64,000 bases of DNA, taken from Styela clava (taxonomy: Eukaryota). Shown piece by piece: positions 35,796 to 50,700 of the stretch. The notes under the pieces are model-generated. The model saw nothing but the letters and a program-made list of their open reading frames with translations. It did not search any database and was not told the DNA's origin. Position numbers and translations under genes: made by a program. Location of the stretch: assembly GCF_964204865.1 (NCBI RefSeq), contig NC_135257.1:15996001-16060000 (forward strand), written 5' to 3'. Numbering within the stretch: position 1 is the first letter of the stretch; every line of letters begins with the position of its first letter.

Positions 35796-38700
35796 ATGTC
35801 ATTGAGTGATAGTGATGGGGAATTTTTTGATGCAAGAGATGAAGTTAGCTCTCCAAGGTAAGTAGCAATTAATAAATCTACAAAATTGTCGGTAATGGCC
35901 ACAAATGAAAAATTCATTATTTCAAATACATTTTAAAATAACATTTTTGAATATAGATATTAAATTTGAAAATGCAAGAAACATAAGTACGGTAAAGTAG
36001 TATAAACAGATATAACTGTATGATTAGTTTTCTATTTTTTACAGTTTAAATGAAGACATTTTTGATCATTCTGTAAGATTAAGAATTCGGTGCTTCAAAA
36101 TGATGATATTTCATGCGAATTCCAAAATTTAAAATATTGAATATTAGTACATCATGGTATCATACATACATTGTTTTTTGGTTATTTTTGTATGCCTTTT
36201 GGATGTAACAATCTGCGGTGTTACTGTGTTTATAATTGATAAAATTATTCTGAAAAAGATAAAAATAAATTATATTTTGATACATTTAGGTCATGCCAAA
36301 AGCCTGTTTCTGAATTGGTATCTTCTCTGAAGGAAGCAAAAAGTGAAATTTCTTTACCCACAGTTCCTGACAATGAACCAAAACAGGTAATCTTCATTCA
36401 TATATTCAACTTTGTGTGTTTTGTTTATAAAACACACCAAAGCATACAGAAACTTTTTTGGATGTACCTCACTAAAGGTGTTTTTAACATACTGTGTTAT
36501 TGAATGTTATTGTTATAATTATACCGGTATGTATTTTTTGATGACTTTGGACTGTGTACATGGCTTTGTCAATTTTGAGATTACTATTACGGCACAATTG
36601 GAATGAAGGCTGTTTTATATTACACAATCGATTGATGGAATAAAAGAAGAGTGGCATTAGCATTTTAACATTGTCTCTTACTCCCATCGCTCAAAGGTAA
36701 ATCTTTTATCATCTGCCCAAGTTACACTACTGGTCTTCCCATTTTGTTATTTTCTTCACTACTTTGTAATAACAAACTTATTTTGGGCAGCTGAACTTGA
36801 TTAAGTTGTGAGTTACTGACAAACATTTAAATTCTTTATTTCTTTAGAAAGAGGAAGTTGTTCCTGAATCAAAGCATGAAAATGTGATGAAAAATGAACA
36901 TGAACTAACATTAGAACAAGAGGAAACAAATGATGAGCAAGTACTTGATAACCATGATGAGCCTGATTCTTCTAAAATAAATGTAGAACCTGATAAATAT
37001 GCAGATGGAGACTCAAATAGTCAGATTGGCTCACCCAAACTAGATGATAAAAATACTACGAAACGAAAAGAAATGACACCGACTATAACTGTTGGTAAGT
37101 TGAGTATGCTTTCATATTTTTAATTTGAAGTATACCGTTATGCAAAAGATATTGTCATCTTGAGCCTTAAATATCCAAAAACATACATATTAATTTATTA
37201 CTTTCTACTTCCTGAATCCATCAACTAATTAGGGATTAATATTAACTATGGGGCATTTTTAGAAAATTTGTTCTTTCACTGCCACAATATATTTGTATTA
37301 TAATTTTTACCACTATGAATGTTTGCAAATCTTTGCTTGAATAATTGCATCATCTGACAATTCCGTATTCAATCATTCACTATTCTTTTTCAATAAAATA
37401 TAAACCGCGGTATTCTAATGATAGAATAAATTATTTGGAACTGTTTTTATTCATAAAATAACCTTGAGTGTTAAAAAATATATGACTTTATTCATTGACA
37501 TATAAAACAATTCTAAGAATTTATTAGATTATACTATCAAACTTTAGATTAATAACACTTCTGAAACCGATTTGTCCTCTGCGCATAGCAATATGCATTG
37601 AATGCAACACAAAACTTACAATTTGGTTATGTCATAGTCAGAAAAATTTATTTGCTCGGATTTGGTTTATGCCAAAATTATCATAATAATTATGCACTGT
37701 TTTGCTTTAACTGGAATGAAGATTTCAAAAGCTTTGATAATTTACTTTGAAATTGTATTGTTTTCAGAATTCTTCTGATATCCTAGTTTTAAGATTTATC
37801 AATTTTAAACCAAAAACCACGGAATTCGTATTTTCAAATTTTCAGCACAGAATTTATCAAGATTCATTAAATTTACATTTTTTAAATTTTTTAATTAGAG
37901 TATTTTGCAGTATACATTTCGTTGTATTTGGTTTTTCAATACAATTATGCAAGTAATTATTGCACTGAAAGTAACATAAAATAATGGAAAATTATCAGAA
38001 AACACACCAATGTCTGGGCAAAAGCCTGATTTACTTGCCTGCGTTCAAGATCGACCAACTAACTTGCCTGGAGTCAAACCAGTGGATGTTATTACTCGTC
38101 CAACCATGCCTCCTCCACCACCACCTGGGCCAAGGAAGATTCCGCCATCAAGACCAGCGCCTCCAAAACGGCCACCGCCACCAAAAAGAACACACTTGAC
38201 TGCTAGGTCTGCGAAGCCCTATTTGAAGTAAGAGCATGTTGAATCATTTTTAGGGTATATTTTTAAATTAAGGATTTGTGTAACAACAAAAAAATTGCAT
38301 CTTGCATAAATAAATCAAAACCTAAATTATGATTGTTCAATATCTTTTTAAAGCACTATGCCTAATATAACTATCAGTAGAGGTTAGTAGACTAACCCCC
38401 AATCGTTCCTCAATGCCTTTGCGCTAATGGAATCGTATGCGTATAATGCAATAATATAACAATCCCATACTATGCAATTCAAAAGTCATAATGCACACTA
38501 ACACATTGTGTTTCTGTATTTGTGTTAGTGTAAAGCAGGACTCCTAATTTCATATTGTGCTTAATGTCTGGAAATAAAATATGTCATAAGGCATGGATTG
38601 ATTGAAAAAATTGTCTGGTATTCAACATGAAACTAATTGTGGATCTGAATTTTCAGAATCAACTATTTAGGTATGGACATTTAGGTACTAATCCACTGTC

Positions 38701-41700
38701 CACATACTAATCTACGATTGTGAGTAGAGTTTTGGGGATCATGATGAAATAGTGCTTTTACATTGCTTTTATACTCGCAGTGAAACTGATGATGGCCTTT
38801 TGACTCCAAATTCAACTGTTGATAATTTAACAAGAGAATTTACAGAAGCTTTGAAACATGATAGAAGTATTAATAAACAGCAGGCAAATGAAGAATCTAT
38901 ACATACTGACAGGTATCTTATAGAAATATACTATTTTTGAGATTCATGTTATGTTCTGGTATATAAAATTGTGACCTTGGTACCTTGTTTGCTTTAACAG
39001 GTCTGAAATGTGTTATTTACTAATCCTAAGTTCCTGTTTAAATAGCTTAACATGGTCAAAATCGAATACCATAAGCTCTTGATTATTGGAGGACATGTAT
39101 AAGTTATTGTGTTGAACGAAAAGTAGACAATGTCATAGTAAAATAGAAAATCAATTAAACAATGGGTATTGTAATATATTCGATATTCTTCATTTAAAAA
39201 ATATCAGTTTAGTGTGTACTGTATTTATAATTCTCAATAAATCATGCAAAAAATGGGAGAACAAAACTAAGAAATTTCTCTAGCAAATGAAAAATTTACC
39301 TTCATGATAGGGTTCTAAAAAGTGGATACAATTTTAGCATGAGTTACCTAAAATTTTACAATAAAACCAGGGACATGTCTACAGATACTCTTATCAAAAC
39401 TATTACACTCATGCAAGCCATATTAACTTGCCTGTTATCTTGATTAACAATCCACTTATTAAGATTGATTTCATCATTAGTATATGATCACTCAACAGTA
39501 TAAACAAAAAATGCCAAATATAATATGGCGATTATTTGCGTAATGCTACAGTTGCATTCAATGAATGTTTTTGTAATTGTTTCATATTTCGTTTAATTTT
39601 TAGTTTATCTATTGAATATACTGAATTGTATGAATTGATTTCTGGGTAAGAATCGCACTACACTTTGCTGTGACAATGTGCAAGTAATTGAAATTATTGA
39701 AACCAAAAAGTGCTTAATTGTTTATTGTTGTGGCGGCATTGTCAATTATCGATTTTGTAAATGCTTATTTACAACATTATCATTTTTTTTGAGGAAAATT
39801 TGAAATATAATTTTTTTAGAAGAATGTAGTTCTGTTAAATGATAAGTTTATGCATTTTAGTGAGTTTCTCCATTTGCAACTCTCACAATTTAAATAGTTC
39901 TCTGGAATTGTGCTAGAATATGAATAACCTCTTTCAACACCTAACCCCCTAATTAATGCAAAAGCAGCAGAAGTACGCAGACATCAGGGATGGCCAATAC
40001 CGAATAGTTCACTATTTCGAATACATTCGAAATTATTATTTTCGAATATGAAATTTCGAATACTTCGAAATTAAAATCCAGTAATAGAATCTAAGTGTAT
40101 GAAGGAATTTTCATACAATAAACAATGGGAAAACTTCTATTTACAACCTGGCTATATTACCAGGCATTTCATGTTTGCAGATTATTGCGATATATATTTT
40201 ATATAACATGAGTTGTGTTAATTAACAGAATTAAAATAATACGACAAGGCATTTTAAATAGTGGTATCGGAGATGGATTTGAATGCTTGAGCAACACAAA
40301 ATCATCCTAGTAAAACGCCCATACTTTTATATACCAACCATTATCCAAATTATTTGTCAAAAAGCGGGATAAAGTATGAGTTCTTTTTCAGACTTGTGAC
40401 AATTTTTTCGTGCGTACAAAAATACGAATCAAAAAGTAATTATATTCGGGAACTTTACCACACATTTTAAGTCCGCAGATCGCCGTTGTATGTTTGTGTA
40501 ATAATACTTTTATTATTTTATAAATACGAAAACTATTTATAATTGGGTAGTTTACCACACATTCAATGTCCACAGATCACGGTTGTATTTTGTAAATAAG
40601 AAAATAGGAATCAAAAATTAATATCAATCGCGAGTTTGCCTCACAATTTATGTCCACAGAATGCCGTGATATTGTGCCCGAATATAATTAATTTTTGATT
40701 CTTATTTTCGTACTCACGAAAAAATTGTCACAAGTCGGAAAAATAATTTATACTTTATTACACATTCAAGTCCACAAATCGCCGTTGTATTTTTGAGTTA
40801 TAATAGTTTTAATATTTTGTAAATACGAATCCGAAATTAATTATAATTGGGCAGTTTACCACACATTTCATGCCCACAAATACCCGTGGTATTTGGTATT
40901 AATACTTTCATTATCGATACTTTCGACCATCATTATCAAAATTATTTTCAAGAAAGCGGGTGAAAGTATTTTTCTAATAAATTAACTTGTTTCCAAACTT
41001 GTGACAATTTATTGGATATCGTAACAATTACGGCTATAAATACCGTATTTCCCGCCTAATAAGTCTACATGGCAAATAGGACGATGTATATTTTTAGCAC
41101 TCAAAAAAAGGGGGTTTTCCATATAGGCCTCCAAGAAGACGGGAAGAAAAATTGTTCCCTGTTGTTCAGTTATGCTAATATGCGCTAATAATAATGTGAT
41201 AAGTTCCACACGGTACGTCCACGGGTTATTTCACAGCTGTGTTTCATGTCCCTGTCATTTTCTGCTGAATCGGCAAAACCAAAGGGTTATAAATCACTTA
41301 CTTTATCTGGGTGGCGGTGGCCGTGTTTTCTCTTTTAAGTAACGATAACCGGCCTACGATTAAATATCATGATTGGCAGACCCAGAACCAAATATAAGGT
41401 CAACACAAATTATGCTTGAGAAGACTAATGCGAAAAATAAGCAGGCCACATAGAAATAAAATAAACATGCTTTCTCAATAAGGCGCCCCACCCCCCAAAA
41501 AATCAAGCCAAAATTGGGTCTAGAAAAGCAAAAGCGACTTACTAGCCGGGAAATACGGTGATTGTCGATTTTTCGACTAATGGAAGTGATTTTGTGAATT
41601 AAAAGACGAATGTCGGCAATGTTCACCAACGCAAACGTGCAAATGTGTCGCAACACTATGGGACGTACATTCGCGCTGAATATAAACAATCAAAATGCCG

Positions 41701-44700
41701 ACTCTATTTCATCGTCATTACAATACGCGAGAAAGCGTAAAAAGTCGTTTGAAGATTCCGGTAAAACGAAACACGGTGTTTACGGCGAAAAGTGACTACT
41801 ATTCGTAATTATTCGGAAATGAGCCGAAAAGGTATTCGAATACTTTGATATTCGAATAATTTCGAATATTCGATTCGTTTTGGACAACCCTGGCAGACAT
41901 CCATAGCATAATCAAGTTCACAATATTTTATTAAATATAAGCACACGCTTCATTCTTACTAATAATATAAGAGCTATGTGTTATTCTTTAATTATCACAT
42001 ATACTTTTCACCAACATTGTTCTGTAATTAAAAGTGACCAAATCTTCACTAGGTGATTTGAACAAAATTAAATCAATAAAATTCCTATTTAATTTGCAAT
42101 AAGATACTTATTAGGAATCGGGACTTATACTTATGCGCACATTTTTGAATGTTCTGTTTCAAGATTTTTAGTCAATCATGTTGATTTCAAAGAATGCAAG
42201 CATAAAAAAAGCTTTCCCGAATAAATATTCAATTTACATGAAAGGTTTCAAAATATGATTTGCTTTCAACTTTTTTTCTCTCATTATTGCTGTAAAAACG
42301 GATCTTGAAATGTCAATTATCTATGATGGATTCATAATCTCATGTATATTATTTTTTTGTTCATTTCAGCCCAGAATTTATGGTATCTCATGAAGTATCA
42401 ACAAAAACTATAGAGCAAACTGGTATGTTATAACTTTGTATCAGATATAAAAATTAAATTTTTTTTATCATATATTTTTTTTATTGGTTTATGGTCTTAA
42501 ATTTAAGACACTCGTCTAGTAAGAAATGTAAACAAAAACATAGATTTTTTTCTTTAATTTTTATCTGATAGCCATTTTAGACCTCCAGATATATACAAAA
42601 AATAGTTGTATGAATATCTATTGTAAGAGTGTACAGTTTTATTTTTATTACCTACTAGTTTACTTGCAGCAATGTTATTTTACTTCAGTATAAACATAGG
42701 CTAGTTTTATTTGTCAATATAATCAATACATACTTATTGACTATTTTGAATATTTTATAATCTTTCACACTTCAAATGAACTTATAATACCAATTGATTT
42801 AAAACATTAAGTATCAGTAATTCCTAATTACCTAATCAAAATAAAACCACATTTAGATTGATGTTTATTTTAAAAGAAAATGTAGACCTATTTACAGAAT
42901 ATGAATTTAGTTTGACATGGCTCTTGAATTTGCAAATTGTTTGATTATTCCAAATCAATTATATGCTAGATTGAAGATACTTCTTATTTAAGAATTATGT
43001 AAGTCGCAACTCACGTGTATTTTGAATCTAGCATGGGATATTTTATGGGGAAGAATACTTGTAACTGTTAAATTTTTTCTCTGACTCTTCCATTTGCTGT
43101 TGTGGGGATTCTTTTTTGCAACTCATTTCGATTTAAAACAAAATTGATATTTAATCCAAATATTATACTGCCAAGAAAAAACATTTCGCACGAAATAAAA
43201 AAAGTCTTCATAAAAATGATCAAAGTGTTTGAAACACTTCTTTATTATTAATCCTAAATTATATTGGAGGTGAATTCTCAGCACAATTTTCTCAAAATAT
43301 CAGTTTTACTGAATTGCTGATAAAATTAGAGAAAAAATCTGAACAAATATTCAATGTGATCATGGATGAAGAATTCAATATTTTTTGTTGTTATTAAATA
43401 CGAGCCAATTTGAAGTATTTTTAAAAATCAAATTTATTTTCAGAACACAGTAGTCACATTGGATCAGCATCAACTGTGAACACGCATACATCACCATCAA
43501 GTTCATTACGAAGGGAAGAAGTAAGATTAATTATATGATTCTCATATTAGGAAATGTAAAAAAATTCAATTCCAATTATTAATCATTTCATTTTACAACA
43601 GGATATCTTGGCAAGTGTTATAGTAAAAAATTTGGACACTGGTGAAAGTATGCCACTGAGTACAGCTGCAGAACATGTAAGTAACGGTAATTTTACATCT
43701 TCATATATAACAGTCTATTCGTGTAAAAGGAATATATCTAACACTGCTAGCGTAGTACTTCAGTGCTAAAACATCTTGAAATCTACACTCATATGTTGGC
43801 TAGGGTTTTATCGCTCGATTACCTTAAATATATAGACATAAATGATAACTATTAGAGATAGAAATGCAGCAGTTGATCTCAACCTAGCTTAAAGTAGGTC
43901 TCTTACTATAGTGAGACGCTCCAATAGTTCTTCACAGCCACAGGTGGATGTCTAACAAGTGGAATAATTCTGATTTTTTAAATTTGTTCAATACTAGTTT
44001 GATATGTATTAGTAATTTTAAATTTTGATTTAACAAGTTGTTGTTTGAATACCCATAATATTGATTTGTTACTTCATGTATCATTAAATGCTGTGTACAC
44101 CATGTTAGCATGTACTTTACTATGATATCTGTGTAGACTTCAAAAGAAGCAATTATGAACTATCATGTTATTGACAAATTATTACTAGTTTCTTCTGATT
44201 TTTGTCTTGCAAGACTTTTGATAATGTCAATTTGTGAAAATAATTTTCTTTGCAAGAATAATTTGGATTAATTTTATATTTTATACATCATTAACATTTG
44301 GCGAATTTGACATAAAAAGATATTTGGGTTCAAATAGCATTGAATTAGTATGTACGTTAAATAGGCTATGTGACAGTAATGATACTTTGGCTGTTTGCCC
44401 CTTTTTTAACAGAAATGAAAAATACACATTCTACAGAGTATTATCACTTTTTCATTTTCTCTACTTCATCTAAGTATGATGCTAAGGTATCTAGGCCAGG
44501 GTGGTCCAAGCAGCCTCATTATCTGTGGCCCGCGTCGCATTTGATGGGAGGTAATTAAAAAATCGTATTCAATGTCATAATGTAACCAGAAAAATCGCTT
44601 GGCATATTGTTAAATCACTAATGTCACTGAATTGCCTAGCGTTATGACTAGCGAAGTTTAATATTGTGTTTGGCCAGTCTAAATCGCTGGCTTTCTATAT

Positions 44701-47700
44701 TTTTGGTCGGGAATATACGCTAACCATATATAGGCATCATAAAAAACTAAAAATTGAATGCAAAATCCATTGGCCTATATTGGCTTATGCATGATAACCA
44801 GATATTAATGTTATGGCCTAACATTATAAATCCTTATGTATGTATTTTTTTTCAACCAACCCAAACCGTATTACAAAAAATGATGCCTATTATGTCAGAA
44901 AATTTAGTAATTACCCTCCTTCACCTCATATTTGGCAAACAATCAATCTGCAGTTATTTTGTAAACATGAATATGAAAAGAAAGCTGACCAATTCAATCA
45001 GATTTTCAACTGCATATGAGTGTGAAAACACCACAATGCCTGCATTGTTGTGTCGGTGACAAAAGTTTATAAAATGGCATTTAACAATCTCCCGAGCAGT
45101 AAGCATTTTCTAAAGTTTTTTTTGCTCTGAGAATCGTATCGATGTTCTAAATAACTTACATTTGCAGAAGCACTTTCTCCGTTAGGAAGAGTTCGAAATT
45201 CTAAACTAAATGTAGATACAGAAAGACTTTTTTACAATCAATGTGATGATGATCAATGCGTTTGCACATTGAAGGTGTTTGTTTGTATTGCGCTGCTTAC
45301 CTATTCTTGTCAGTGACACTATTGTGGCCCGCGAACAATGCAAAAATAATTTTGAGGCCCCCCGAAGAGGATAACCTTGGACCACCCTGATCCAGGCAAT
45401 GATGGAGTGCAGTACGGGGACCATGGTACATAAAGTTTGAGAACCACTGTTTTAAACTATCAAAATTTATTACTACCGAAAACCCCAATCCCAAATGCAT
45501 AATATTGTATCAGGAATTACAATTTTTTCATAGATCTTACTTCCTTGATGTAAATTATGCATACTCATATTTTTCTATTTAATTATAACAAAGTTCACTG
45601 ACTTTTGGATCACATGACATCGATAGGGAGAGACAATACATTTCTCATTAACTAATAGAAAAACGTTTTTGTACACACCTTTATAAAAACATTTAACAAA
45701 AAGGCGATGTGTCAAATTTCAAAGCACTAAATATTTGAACACGCCCGATCCTATTGAGAGAATCTATTAATATTTGCTTTCCTATTTGACATATTATGTA
45801 TGTCTATAGAATTCCAATCTATTATATTGATACCAGCTGGAGGTCTGTATTAGTTGGTGTCAGGGCACACAGGAGTTCATGAAACCATCAAATTAGGATC
45901 AGTATCACGATACCTTGACTTGGAAATGGTTGTATAGAAATGTGTAGTATTTTTTGATCATGTGAAGTTGAACAATATGAATTTTTTTTTCGGAACTTGA
46001 TTTTTAAAAGTTAGAGGACAGATTAGCTTCGACTTTTTGATGCAATTGAGTTTGTGTTCATTTGTATTTTGGTTCGTTTTCTGAATATTATAAATCATTT
46101 ATTTTGCTAACGGTAAATATATTCTGCCAATGCAATGTATCTCTTTTACGTCATATATAAAGATCCTACCATAAACAGTAACTTGGTGAAAATTTTCTTT
46201 TTCTCCCCATCGAGAACCCACTCATCGAGAATAAAATTGATCATCTCCCTCTTTTCAAAATACATTTGTCTCTTTGCATTGCTAAAAGCTTGTACGATTA
46301 TTTTTCATAAATTTTCTCCTATATTTCTCAGGTTTCTCAGTTTATAAATCCTCTAGCATTGCAAATCATGAGTAGAACGAAAGAGTTTTCATATTCTGGA
46401 GGCTCAAACAACAGTACAATGAGTTCTCATGACGGTCAGATGAACACGGCATCAGCTATTTCACAATCTGTTTATGTCGATAGTGATTCTCTGTCAATCG
46501 CTAGTGACGATATTGATATAGGTATGTGTATTATTAAACGAATTTTTGTTGAATATGAAGGATGATTACCAGTGAATAATCCCAAGCAGTTTTTGTTGTA
46601 AATTTAAGCTATTTAGATTACTGGTATATGAAATTGAAGATGAAATGCAAAATGGAATTTCGGAATATCAATATATGTAGTATTTAAACTGCCTTTTGTT
46701 TTAGGCTTTCTTAAAACTATATAACTTTTGAATAACCATTTTTTTTTCTACTATACTTTCTTAATTTCTGAATTTATTATGTGTTTATTGCTAAAAATTA
46801 TTTTACCTCGATCTTAACTGTGTTGTCATTATTAAAATTTATTTTATATATTACATTCCTGAATGTAGCTTTGTGTTTTTGATTCTGCATACAGAAAAGG
46901 TAGACAAAAAATTGTAAGACCTCAAATTTTGAGATATTCTGCAAAAATTTTACATCTAAATTATTAATGTCTGAATTGTTCCTAATATCCAAAATTTACT
47001 TTAATCAAATATAACCAATTTTGAACGTATTCAAATATTCGATTCATTTTGGACATTCATGGTTATTGGTATTTATGTATTTGAAATGATTTCCCATCTT
47101 GTTGTCACCTCAATTCTCAATTCATCAACTTTACATTTGCAATTTGTTAGTAAGGCAAAAGTCAACAGAGGTGATGACATTCTGACCATTAAACAATTCC
47201 ATTCAATCTAATAATAACATTGTCAATTTGATATTATAACGTGTCAATTAAACCTATTATTATTATTCCTTTTGGAAACAGGTAAAGATGCGTCACAACA
47301 TAAACATAAGGAAGGCAAGAAACTGAAATCAAAGAGCAAGAAATTTAAAAAAATGGTTGGGAAAGGAGTATCTAAAGTGAAGGTTGCGGCTGGAACGCAA
47401 GTAGAAAAAGCGGTGCAAAAAGTGAAACATGTGAAAGATGAAGGTAAGTTGAGTTGGTATATTGTTCGTTCATGAGTCCAGAGATTTTATTTGGCGTATT
47501 ATTCAATGCTGCTGGGACTACTGGTCTACTGCAATGATCAAAGTCGAATAAACTAATATTCGAATACCTTCGAATTCGAATTACATATATTTATATTTTC
47601 AAATATGGAATATATTCAAATTGGGACATCTTCAACAAAACATATAAAAGCTCATGCATCATATTTGTGAATACAGTATATGCTCGTTTTACCGCCCGAT

Positions 47701-50700
47701 CTTGAATAGGGCTCGTTTGAATAGCCGCCCGTGTGAACAAAACATAAAAATAAATGAGGGTCGGTGCTTGAATACCCGCCCGATGTAAAAGCTGATTTTT
47801 CAGTGGTAGAGAACAATAGGAAATAAGGTGCGCTTTTGTCACAATGGATTAATGTTGTCAAATATTTGTCTTCAAAGATACCGTAATTTTTGTGTATAAT
47901 TTTAATTTAAAAATAACCGTGCTTGAATAAGGGCCAGTTTGAATAAGGACCCGGTTAGTGAGTTTGGTTAAAAAAATATGGGCCCGGGCTACAAAACGAG
48001 CAAATACGGTAGTTGACTTTATAGCCAATGCACATTTCACTGACACTGAAATTCAATTTAGAAAAATATTTGTTGAGGCTGATTTCCGGGACCTCCACAA
48101 GTATGTGCACCAAGATGTCGCACAACCTTAATATAGTATGAGTACCAGGTTATGCATCTGAAAACAAAATAAATGACAAACTAATCCCATGCCCGAAATG
48201 GACTGGTAACTGGACAAGAGGGTGTGCCGTGGTTTACCATGTGTTTAAGATGTATTATCGGCTTTTTCTCTCCCCTGGGATAAACACATAAATCCTATCC
48301 TAATAAATAGACAACTGAGCAATTGCTGTAAATGTTCTGTAAAATAAATTTTACTGTTAAAAAGCTGTAATTTATCTGATTTCTCACTTTACTTTATCAG
48401 TTACTCACACTGATCAGCTGAATGTATCGAGTGATGAAGATTCAACTGAATTTGGTTCGTCTTCAACTATTAAAGTAAAAGCAGCTTCTAGTAATAAAGG
48501 ACCTTATCAACTTTCACATCCTAAACAAATTCAGGATATTGCGGTTCATGTTGTAAGTTACCTCACTGCTATATTCAAACGGACTAAACTTTCATGGTAA
48601 AGCTCTGATTATAGCAAGAAAAATCGGAAATTCATGACCTGAATTTTTTATTACTCAAATAGGGTGCTGTTTGGTGCATGAAGTTCAGTCATTGTGGAAG
48701 ATTACTTGCAACCTCAGGACAAGATAATGTCATCTGGGTTTGGGTGCTGAAAGATTTTTATAATTATTTTAATGATATGAGGAACAAATATGACAATAAA
48801 GGTATGCTTTTCTTTCATTTGGCAGTAGATAAAAGGGTAATTTTTGGCAGTAGATAAAACTCTGTATTAAATGTTGAACTATGATCATTAATTAAATAAC
48901 CTAAAGCGCCGAATGACACTCACTCTATACGAAATTTTTGATCCCGAATCACCGATAAATGCACTCATAAAATTCCACTCATTGGCTAATGATTTCTATA
49001 TTTCCAGACGATGAATTATTCAATGCATCATCCATGAAGCACGTTGTGCATTCGTCATCGTCAAATTCCTCAGAATTTCATCAGAATTCTGAAGACGATG
49101 TTTTTAATTCTGAACCACAAATGAGGCCGAGTCAGTTAGAAGAGGATGAAGAAGAGGCTCCTTTCAGACAGGTATTGGGGAAGCATGAGGGCTACCTCCA
49201 CTCCTAACAATGTACAAGTGGTCACAGATACTTGAGAATTCAATACTTTAAATTGGCATTTCTTACCCAAATTATTACACTGGTGAGATCTGGTCAGCAT
49301 ATCTTACACCGCAGGTCGGGTGCAGCCAGGTCATCCAAAAAAGGGAGATTTTAAAAATTTTCAATACATTGCACAGGGATTCACTTGCAGCGACTTTCAA
49401 AACCTAGGGTGGTTGAGCGCTATAATCTGCAATACCGTAGTTAGGTCAAGGTCAAAGTTCATTAATCCATTAATTGAATGTTTTGAAATAGCAAAGAGTT
49501 AAAACAATCTCTTTCTAAGCTTTTATATTTTCCCTCATATCGTTTTTTACCTGTACACTTCATTTTTATTTCAGGTCCCATTCTCATCGTATGTTGGTCA
49601 TGCTGCTGATGTTTTAGACTTGGCATGGTCAAAGGTAAAATCAATTTCATTTCAATAGTAATTCTAATCTTCACTGGGAGGTCGTATAAGGAAATTTATT
49701 TTTAATAAGGGTTTGCACATGGCGAGCCAACTTTTATGCTTACTATGCTATTGCACTTGAATAGATGTAAGGTGACTCGCCTAATTGTTTGTACCAAACC
49801 CATATTTCCAGTTTTTTTTATGTGAATTAATACAAGCGTGAAACTGAATTCAAAATCATGGGCAAAATTGTTTAATGGACTTTTTTGTAACGAAAATCAC
49901 GCACTGAATCGCAATTAAAGCATAATTCAAAGTAGGGATGTTCAAAACAAAGTGAATATTCGAGTACATTCAAAATTGATTATATTCGATATAGTAAATT
50001 CTTAATTTGAAAAATTTAGAATATTTTTATTTGAAAATGTCTTCAAGCATTCATTATCTTATGATTGACAAAACATTAGAAACTTCCAACAAAATAAAAT
50101 AGAGAATACTAATTAAAACTTTTTTTATCTCAATTATTCTACATGACTTAATTCGATTTATATGAATTTACAATTGTCTTGAAGAATTTCTCTTGTGAAA
50201 TAGATTCATTTCAGAATATATTCAATATTTCATATTCGGAAAGATTATTTTCGGAATACTAAATTATTCGGTTTTGGCCTTCCCTGATTCAGAGTCTTGT
50301 CAGATTCATTATAACACAAGTTTTAATTCATTTTTTTTACAGAATTTTTTCATTTTATCATCTTCCATGGATAAAACTGTGAGGTTGTGGCACATATCAA
50401 GAAAAGAATGTTTATGTTGCTTCCAACATATTGACTTTGTAACTGCAATTGCTTTTCATCCGAGGGTAAGTATACTTAGCAGTCTTAGCTAATTGGTTTT
50501 CTATGCAAAATATCATTCTGACTATTTAATAAATCTCTGTACAGTATTTTACAGACCATAAGGCGCACTTATAATGTTTTTTTTTCTCAAAAATCCATTG
50601 TATGCCTTGTTATAAGCCTGTGCGCCTAAGTATGAATCAGGTTGGTATGTGATATTCCTTAAAACTGTTGCATCTCATATTTTGGTGCACCTTACATATG

